From positions 73,292 to 129,305 of the forward strand of contig CAZAAT010000001.1 of NCBI GenBank assembly GCA_964483175.1: a DNA stretch of 56,014 bases, given 5' to 3'. Under the pieces are notes generated by a model that saw only the letters and a program-made list of their open reading frames with translations, ran no database searches and was not told the DNA's origin. Below are positions 50,223-56,014 of this stretch, piece by piece; the stretch's first letter is position 1; each line of letters opens with the position of its first letter. The position numbers and the translations under genes are program-made. Source of the stretch: an uncultured Bacilli bacterium (lineage in GTDB: Bacteria; Bacillota; UBA5301).

Positions 50223-51077
50223 ATGAATTTCGAGCTCTATAAACCTTCTATGGTTCAACAAGTATTAGCTCAATACAAGCTTAAAGCGAAAAAAGCATTT
50301 GGTCAAAATTTTTTGGTCGATCAGAATATCCTTGCAAAGATCTGTTCCGCCGCAGCTTTTGAGCGGGACGATTTTATTTTGGAGATCGGGCCCGGGCTTG
50401 GGGTATTGGCAGACCTAGCGGCTGATCAGGTTGACCGCTGGCTAGCCGTCGAGATTGATCGCGATTTCAGTGATCATTTAGCCCGGCTCGAAGCAGCGCA
50501 TCCTAACTTTGAAGTGATCTACGGAGATTTTCTTAAGTTATCCCTGGCCGACTTGGTAGGGTTGCGTAGCTATAAGGTGGTCGCAAACCTGCCATACTAT
50601 ATTACTTCACCGATTATCACTAAAATAATTTCATCTGAGACCAACTGGCAACGGATGATTTTCATGGTGCAACTAGAGGTGGCTAAGCGTTTGACAGCGG
50701 TTCCTGGCACCAAGGACTATGGATCTCTCACTCTCTATCTGCAATACCATGGCCAGGTTGAGTTGGTTGCTAAAGTCTCACCTAATTCATTTTTACCGGC
50801 ACCTGAAGTAGACTCAGCGGTAATCTCAATCATCAGGCACCCTGAACCACCAGTTACGGTAAGTGATGAGCGGTTGCTGTTTGCTATCATTCAGGCCGCA
50901 TTCCAGCAACGGCGGAAAACTCTAGCCAATTGTCTTAAGAACGCAGCTAACCTAAATTATTCTGCCGAACAGGTTGATTCGGCTTTAGCGATTGCTGGTA
51001 TTGCTGGTCAGCGGCGTGGTGAGACCCTGTCGCTAAGTGAATTTGCTCAGCTTAGTCAAGCCTTTGCGCGGTTGTGA
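50223..51077 (+). CDS. rsmA: 16S rRNA (adenine1518/1519-N6)-dimethyltransferase
   Basis: It contains KKAFGQNFLVDQNI, the SAM motif ILEIGPGLGVL, and NLPYYITSPI. Confidence 0.93.
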   Translation: MNFELYKPSMVQQVLAQYKLKAKKAFGQNFLVDQNILAKICSAAAFERDDFILEIGPGLGVLADLAADQVDRWLAVEIDRDFSDHLARLEAAHPNFEVIYGDFLKLSLADLVGLRSYKVVANLPYYITSPIITKIISSETNWQRMIFMVQLEVAKRLTAVPGTKDYGSLTLYLQYHGQVELVAKVSPNSFLPAPEVDSAVISIIRHPEPPVTVSDERLLFAIIQAAFQQRRKTLANCLKNAANLNYSAEQVDSALAIAGIAGQRRGETLSLSEFAQLSQAFARL

Positions 51078-51118
51078 TATAATAAAAGTATGATTGTTTG
51101 GGACAAAGGGGGTGCCCT

Positions 51119-51610
51119 GTGGTGTCAAAGGAGTACTTTCTAAGCCCCACCCGGGGCCGTCTTTCGTTTGAAGAGGTATTTGCGGATATCATCGAATTTG
51201 TCAGTTGTGATCCTCTGCTGCGGCATAAACTCATCATTGGTACCGACTCGCAGTTTAGAGAGGAGAATGGATCTTGTTTTGTAACGGCCATTATTGTTCA
51301 TCGTGAGGGCAAAGGTGGCCGTTATTATTATCAAAAGTATTATGACTCTACATATGGTGCTAATCTAAAGCAACGCCTCTTTTTTGAGGCTTCACAGAGC
51401 CTTTCATTGGCAGGCCGGCTGGCGGAGAAACTTGCCGAGAACGGCTATGCAGATCTTAATGTCGAGATCCACCTTGACGTGGGTGAAATCGGTTCTAGCC
51501 GGGAGATCGTCAAAGATCTCGTCGGCATGATCATTGGTAGCGGGTTCGAAGCCCAAATTAAACCCAATTCCTTCGGCGCCTCTTCTGTCGCAGACCGCTA
51601 TACCAAATAG
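51119..51610 (+). CDS. YkuK-family (DUF458, RNase H-like fold) protein
   Basis: It contains ...IIGTDSQ......FVTAIIVHREGKGGRYYY. I prefer the GTG at 51119, after AAAGGGGG. The family assignment is from memory. Confidence 0.55.
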   Translation: MVSKEYFLSPTRGRLSFEEVFADIIEFVSCDPLLRHKLIIGTDSQFREENGSCFVTAIIVHREGKGGRYYYQKYYDSTYGANLKQRLFFEASQSLSLAGRLAEKLAENGYADLNVEIHLDVGEIGSSREIVKDLVGMIIGSGFEAQIKPNSFGASSVADRYTK

Positions 51611-51653
51611 CACTTTCCATCCTTGGTTCCCATAGACTGTAGGAGTATTTCCT

Positions 51654-52568
51654 ATGGAGGGAATTCCAATGCCGGAAGATGCCGACTTGAATATCAATGG
51701 AAGATATCTTGACTCCAGACATAAAGCAGTAAAAGGTAATCGTGGTTACCTGGCTCCGTTACGGTTAGTGGCTGAAAATCTTGGTGCCGAAGTTGATTGG
51801 ACACCCGGACGGGGTTCAATTATCGTCACCAAGAAGGATAATACCTATGAGTTCAATGTTGGAAGCACCCTGGTATTGGTAAACGGAGAACGCCATAACC
51901 TCCCTGAACTTGTCCGTGCCTACCACGGGCATGCCTTTGCACCGGTTGAGTTCATTGCTAAGGCGCTGGGGGCCAATATTAGCTTTAGTGAAGATACCCA
52001 GACCTTGGCCTTGATCCGCCAAGAACCAGCTTTAGTGGGTCAAAAGGTTGTTTTGGCGGCTGCTGATGGGAATCCGGACTGTACCGTTACTATAGCGGGA
52101 TTAAGTGAAAAGAAGTTGGCCGCCGATATTGTCGAGCGGGCTGGTCGTTTGTTAGCTGCCGCCGGAAGTAATGTACAGGTAGTTGAGAAACCAATGGAGG
52201 TACAAGGCCAGAACCCGACGCTGATGCTAAGTGTGCATATTAATTCGGCTAATGACAGGTCGCTAGAGGGCATCGAGGCATATTATTATCTGAACTGGCG
52301 AAGTCAACGTTTGGCGGGTGTAATATTAGCCGAGATGGCGGCTGAGACGCGCGCGATCAATCGCGGAGTCAAGGAAGCTAGCTTTTATCTACTGCGTCAT
52401 GCTAATTGCCCAACCAGCCGCATTGAATGTGGTTTTCTAACAAATCCTAGTGACCGGGTTAAACTAGCCAGGCCTGAATACCGCGAAAAACTGGCGGTTG
52501 GAATATTCCGGGGCATTAGGTCATATTTTGAAACTTACCCGGGAAAAATTATTGACAAAACCAGCTAG
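51654..52568 (+). CDS. Copper-amine-oxidase-N-like domain fused to an Amidase_3 (N-acetylmuramoyl-L-alanine amidase) domain with an atypical first metal-ligand motif
   Basis: The N-terminal domain reads YLAPLRLVAENLGAEVDW...AFAPVEFIAKALGANI. The amidase core has LSVHINSAN, EAYYY and ECGFLTNP, but AAADGN replaces the usual D.GHGG. I see no obvious signal peptide. Confidence 0.6.
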   Translation: MEGIPMPEDADLNINGRYLDSRHKAVKGNRGYLAPLRLVAENLGAEVDWTPGRGSIIVTKKDNTYEFNVGSTLVLVNGERHNLPELVRAYHGHAFAPVEFIAKALGANISFSEDTQTLALIRQEPALVGQKVVLAAADGNPDCTVTIAGLSEKKLAADIVERAGRLLAAAGSNVQVVEKPMEVQGQNPTLMLSVHINSANDRSLEGIEAYYYLNWRSQRLAGVILAEMAAETRAINRGVKEASFYLLRHANCPTSRIECGFLTNPSDRVKLARPEYREKLAVGIFRGIRSYFETYPGKIIDKTS

Positions 52569-52590
52569 GTTAGATTATAATATTTGATTC

Positions 52591-52619
52591 TTGATTATTT
52601 CCTGCTCTTATGGTACACT
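52591..52619 (+). promoter_or_regulatory. Candidate sigma-A promoter of veg
   Basis: TTGATT (52591..52596), a 17-nt spacer ending in TGg, then TACACT (52614..52619). Confidence 0.4.
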
Positions 52620-52649
52620 AATACTGTATCTATAAGAGAGGTGATGTAG

Positions 52650-52937
52650 GTGGCAAAAGCTCTTCCGCGGTGCAACAACGTCCTAAAGATTATCAAAGAC
52701 AATATGGATAGTCTAGTAGGGCAATCAGTTGTTATAAAAGCTAACCGCGGTCGGAAAAAGGTTCTTGAAGTAGAGGGTATTGTAGAGCAAACATATCCCA
52801 AGGTTTTCGTAGTAAAGCTTCAAGAGGAAAATTTGGCCACCCGACTTTCCTACACGTACACCGATATCCTCACCAAGACCGTGGAAATCACCGTAAATGG
52901 CAAAAGTGTCGGGCAACAATTGAAAGCAAATGCATGA
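52650..52937 (+). CDS. veg: Veg protein (DUF1021)
   Basis: ...IKDNMDSLVGQSVVIKANRGRKKVLEVEGIVEQTYPKVFVVKL......RLSYTYTDILTKTVEI closely follows the Bacillus Veg pattern. Confidence 0.85.
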   Translation: MAKALPRCNNVLKIIKDNMDSLVGQSVVIKANRGRKKVLEVEGIVEQTYPKVFVVKLQEENLATRLSYTYTDILTKTVEITVNGKSVGQQLKANA

Positions 52938-52944
52938 TTGGGAG

Positions 52945-52975
52945 GGGCTCCAAACGGAGCCCAGTTTGCTGTTTG
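52945..52975 (+). terminator. Hairpin terminator after veg
   Basis: GGGCTCC-aaac-GGAGCCC is followed by AGTTTGCTGTTTG. Confidence 0.5.
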
Positions 52976-52984
52976 GGACAAATA

Positions 52985-53026
52985 ACCGACCAAGCCCGCG
53001 CAGGCCGATGGTCGGTTTAGTTTTAG
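52985..53026 (+). terminator. Second plus-strand hairpin terminator in the convergent spacer
   Basis: ACCGACCA-16 nt-TGGTCGGT is followed by TTAGTTTTAG. Confidence 0.45.
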
Positions 53027-53037
53027 TATAGGTATAT

Positions 53038-53065
53038 AAAAAAAACAGACCTTACGGTCCGTTTT
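53038..53065 (-). terminator. Rho-independent terminator directly after atpF
   Basis: On the minus strand, AACGGACC-gtaa-GGTCTGTT forms an 8-bp stem with one G-U pair. Eight T residues follow. Confidence 0.75.
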
Positions 53066-53095
53066 CAAAAGTTTAGGGGCACTTACAACTATTAA

Positions 53096-53587
53096 TTATT
53101 GCAGTTGACTAACCTCTTCCACACATTCCTTGACAATACGTTCGTGATCAGCTGTGGTAAGTACCCGCCCTATAAGCTTACCGGCAGCGTGGACAGCCAA
53201 ATCGGCAATCTCATCGCGAATGTCTGCCAATGCTTTTTCTTTCTCTTTCTTAATCTGGACTTTAGCTTCTTCGATCATCTGCTCGTAGCGGACTTCGGCT
53301 TCGGCAGCGCGCTCTTTAAGAATAGCTTCTGCTTTTTTGTTAGCTTCGGCAATAATGTTGGCCGCTTTTTGGTCAGCACCCTCCATTTGGCGCCGATATT
53401 TAGCCAGGATTTCTTCGGCTTCCTGCTTGGTGGCGGCAGCTTGGGATAAAGAGTTCTCAACTGATTCTTCCCGCTGCTGCAACAGATTCATTACCGGCTG
53501 CCACCCGAATTTTTTTAGAAGCAGGAAGATGATAGCCAGGTTACCAACCTGGAAAATCAATGACCAGATGTTGAAATTTTCAAGCAT
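53096..53587 (-). CDS. atpF: F-type ATP synthase F0 subunit b
   Basis: 163 aa. An N-terminal TM helix (SLIFQVGNLAIIFLLLKKF) is followed by a long charged Ala/Glu/Lys-rich helix. It follows atpE. Confidence 0.85.
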   Translation of the reverse strand: MLENFNIWSLIFQVGNLAIIFLLLKKFGWQPVMNLLQQREESVENSLSQAAATKQEAEEILAKYRRQMEGADQKAANIIAEANKKAEAILKERAAEAEVRYEQMIEEAKVQIKKEKEKALADIRDEIADLAVHAAGKLIGRVLTTADHERIVKECVEEVSQLQ

Positions 53588-53669
53588 AATTTACATCTCC
53601 TCTTCGGGACGGGATTTACGAGTGCAGGGAAGATGCCTTGTGGCAACTCCCTGCAACTCCACACTTAAA

Positions 53670-53894
53670 TCAGATTTTGGTCCACATCAGGATTGCCATA
53701 ACGAAAGTAAACAGAGTAAGTGCCTCCATCATGGCTAGAGCCAAGATAAGGGTGGTACGAACATCGCCAGCAATTTCCGGCTGACGAGCCATGCTCTCCA
53801 AAGCTTTACCGGAAGCGAAAGCCTGACCGATAGCTGAGAACACTGCGACTAATGCTAGTGTTAAACCCACAGCGAACAATGATGACATCTGCAT
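53670..53894 (-). CDS. atpE: F-type ATP synthase F0 subunit c
   Basis: It is a two-helix hairpin with the loop ARQPE and the carboxylate context [11 protein letters not shown] prefer the start at MQMSS (53894), after AGGGGGG. Confidence 0.88.
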   Translation of the reverse strand: MQMSSLFAVGLTLALVAVFSAIGQAFASGKALESMARQPEIAGDVRTTLILALAMMEALTLFTFVMAILMWTKI

Positions 53895-53932
53895 TTTCCC
53901 CCCTTTCCACAAGGCAACAAGCTAAATAAGAT

Positions 53933-54703
53933 TTAGTGCCCCAATACGAAATCACCAATGTAGGTAATTGTCAACAATGTGAAGACAAATGCCTGGATGA
54001 ATCCCATGATAATCCCTAATATCTGAACGGGCAAGGGGAAAATCAGGGGAACTAAAATTGCTAATACAGTAGCAACCATTTTTTCGCCGAACATGTTTCC
54101 AAACAGACGGATGCCGAGCGAAAAAGCATGGGTGAACTGCTCCATTAGAATCAAAGGATTATAAAAATGTTTGATATAGGACCTGAATCCATTTGCCTTG
54201 ATTCCGTAGTAGTTTACAAAGATAATTGCGCAAATAGCGAAACCAAAGGTAGTATTCATGTCTGTGGTTGGTGGCAACATCCCCGGGATAAACCAGGCTA
54301 AGTTGCAAACTAAAATGAATACGAATATAGTGCCAACAAACGGAATGTAGTCACGCCCTTTAGGGCCCAAAACCGTTTCGGCCAAGCTGCCGATGAACTC
54401 GACCGCCATCTCAAGCACCTTTTGCCCGGCTTTTTTCGGTACAAAGTCTAGGTTGCGAGTCAACAGGTAACATCCGCCGATAAGCAGCACTGCCAAAAGC
54501 CAAGTGTTAAGGATGGTGCTGGTAATAGTAATCGGACCGATTTGAAACTTATCAATTGGAGCGAGGTGTGCAAGCACGTGGTTAAGCTCTTCGAACTTAT
54601 CGGCCATTGCAGCAGCCAAACCTGTCTCCCCGCTTTGGGCTTCCGCAGCTAAAGTGGTTGCATGCTCAGCCGCTTTAACGATTGTTGCGGGTAAGAAATA
54701 CAC
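53933..54703 (-). CDS. atpB: F-type ATP synthase F0 subunit a
   Basis: 256 aa and polytopic, with the conserved Arg context FSLGIRLFGNMFGE. The GTG start at 54703 is 6 nt after AGAGGGGG. Confidence 0.88.
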   Translation of the reverse strand: MYFLPATIVKAAEHATTLAAEAQSGETGLAAAMADKFEELNHVLAHLAPIDKFQIGPITITSTILNTWLLAVLLIGGCYLLTRNLDFVPKKAGQKVLEMAVEFIGSLAETVLGPKGRDYIPFVGTIFVFILVCNLAWFIPGMLPPTTDMNTTFGFAICAIIFVNYYGIKANGFRSYIKHFYNPLILMEQFTHAFSLGIRLFGNMFGEKMVATVLAILVPLIFPLPVQILGIIMGFIQAFVFTLLTITYIGDFVLGH

Positions 54704-54734
54704 TCAGAACCCCCTCTTTCTTTTTAGTTTTTAC

Positions 54735-55172
54735 TTAATATTTTTTAATTTCACCACGGGAATCCGCAGAGATATCTTCGTCTTTTTCTCCTCGGATTCG
54801 CCGCAGAGCTTGCCTTTCCTTCTCAGTAACCATCTCTTCGAAGTCTGTCAGCAAACTTTTGGCATGGGATAAAGATTGTTGTGCCTCTTCGACGCGCCGC
54901 CGATGAAGCTCCTCTTTATCGATCATGTTCGCTTGCATATTGGCTTCGAGACGCTGAGACTCGTCGAGGACCCGGATCATCTTTTCAAATTCGCGATAAA
55001 TTAAATAGCAGGCCAAAGCTAGCCCTACAACCAAAAATGTCGGTGTAGTCCCGAAACGGTTATCTAGCCAAGTCCCGCCGAAAAAACCAAATAACAAATA
55101 GAAAATCAACGATAGACCAAAGGACAATCCCATGTTAATGTGTTTGAAGCTTGCCCAGGTACTTTTTTTCAC
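54735..55172 (-). CDS. AtpZ/AtpI-family small membrane protein with a long charged C-terminal extension
   Basis: The N-terminal ~60 aa (GLSFGLSLIFYLLFGFFGGTWLDNRFGTTPTFLVVGLALAC) fit the AtpZ pattern. About 85 aa of Glu/Arg/Lys-rich helix follow. The GTG start follows AGGAGG. Confidence 0.6.
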   Translation of the reverse strand: MKKSTWASFKHINMGLSFGLSLIFYLLFGFFGGTWLDNRFGTTPTFLVVGLALACYLIYREFEKMIRVLDESQRLEANMQANMIDKEELHRRRVEEAQQSLSHAKSLLTDFEEMVTEKERQALRRIRGEKDEDISADSRGEIKKY

Positions 55173-55340
55173 TAAATACGAACCTCCTAGATATTCATGG
55201 AGGGACTAATGCAGTTAATCTAGTAGTAAACGGTAATAACTCAAATTTTCAAGAAATTAGCGCGTACTGTTCATATATTCTCGCCAACAGGTTAAATTCC
55301 TTTCAAGTAAATAAAAATACCAGAAGAGCTATCGCGTTGC

Positions 55341-56014
<674 letters not shown>

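Noticed and set aside
53670-53912. A possible Na+-binding signature in the ATP synthase c subunit (Gln in AIGQAF plus Glu)
   Set aside because: The residue after the carboxylate Glu is Ala (MEAL), not the Ser/Thr of Na+-type c subunits. This is consistent with an ordinary H+-coupled ring.

Overview
This window is the chromosomal replication-origin region of a spore-forming Firmicute (Clostridia-like gene content, mid-range GC by eye). Every gene left of about 20.2 kb is on the minus strand: dnaA, dnaN, yaaA, recF, a DUF370 gene, gyrB, gyrA, a UPF0237/UPF0210 pair, fdhE and a selenocysteine formate dehydrogenase locus. Nearly every gene to the right is on the plus strand: rpmH, rnpA, yidD, yidC, jag, mnmE, mnmG, rsmG, noc, soj, spo0J, then housekeeping and sporulation-linked genes, dnaD/dnaB, yabE-ksgA-veg, an inverted F0-only atp cluster and the start of purA. 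A bipartite oriC is readable: a DnaA-box cluster at 20138-20530, and boxes plus a TAG-trio run and an AT-rich unwinding region at 17703-17948. I found no rRNA, tRNA, CRISPR array, transposase or integrase. Five things deserve a second look. (1) A base-perfect 2779-bp direct repeat (1-2779 = 4789-7567) suggests a head-to-tail duplication of the Sec-FDH operon. (2) A GHKL-ATPase/winged-helix gene sits between the DnaA-box cluster and dnaA, with its stop codon inside the dnaA ribosome-binding site. (3) A compact cluster at 38.2-42.5 kb encodes two overlapping nitrilase-fold paralogues that have lost the catalytic residues, a Trp-rich exported beta-strand protein and an orphan HgdC-type activase; this is my best candidate for an undescribed system. 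(4) A cysteine-desulfurase-larB-larC block lies in the conserved spo0J-yyaC neighbourhood with no larE or larA. (5) The atp cluster stops after subunit b. All functional calls come from reading motifs in the translations; no database search was possible.
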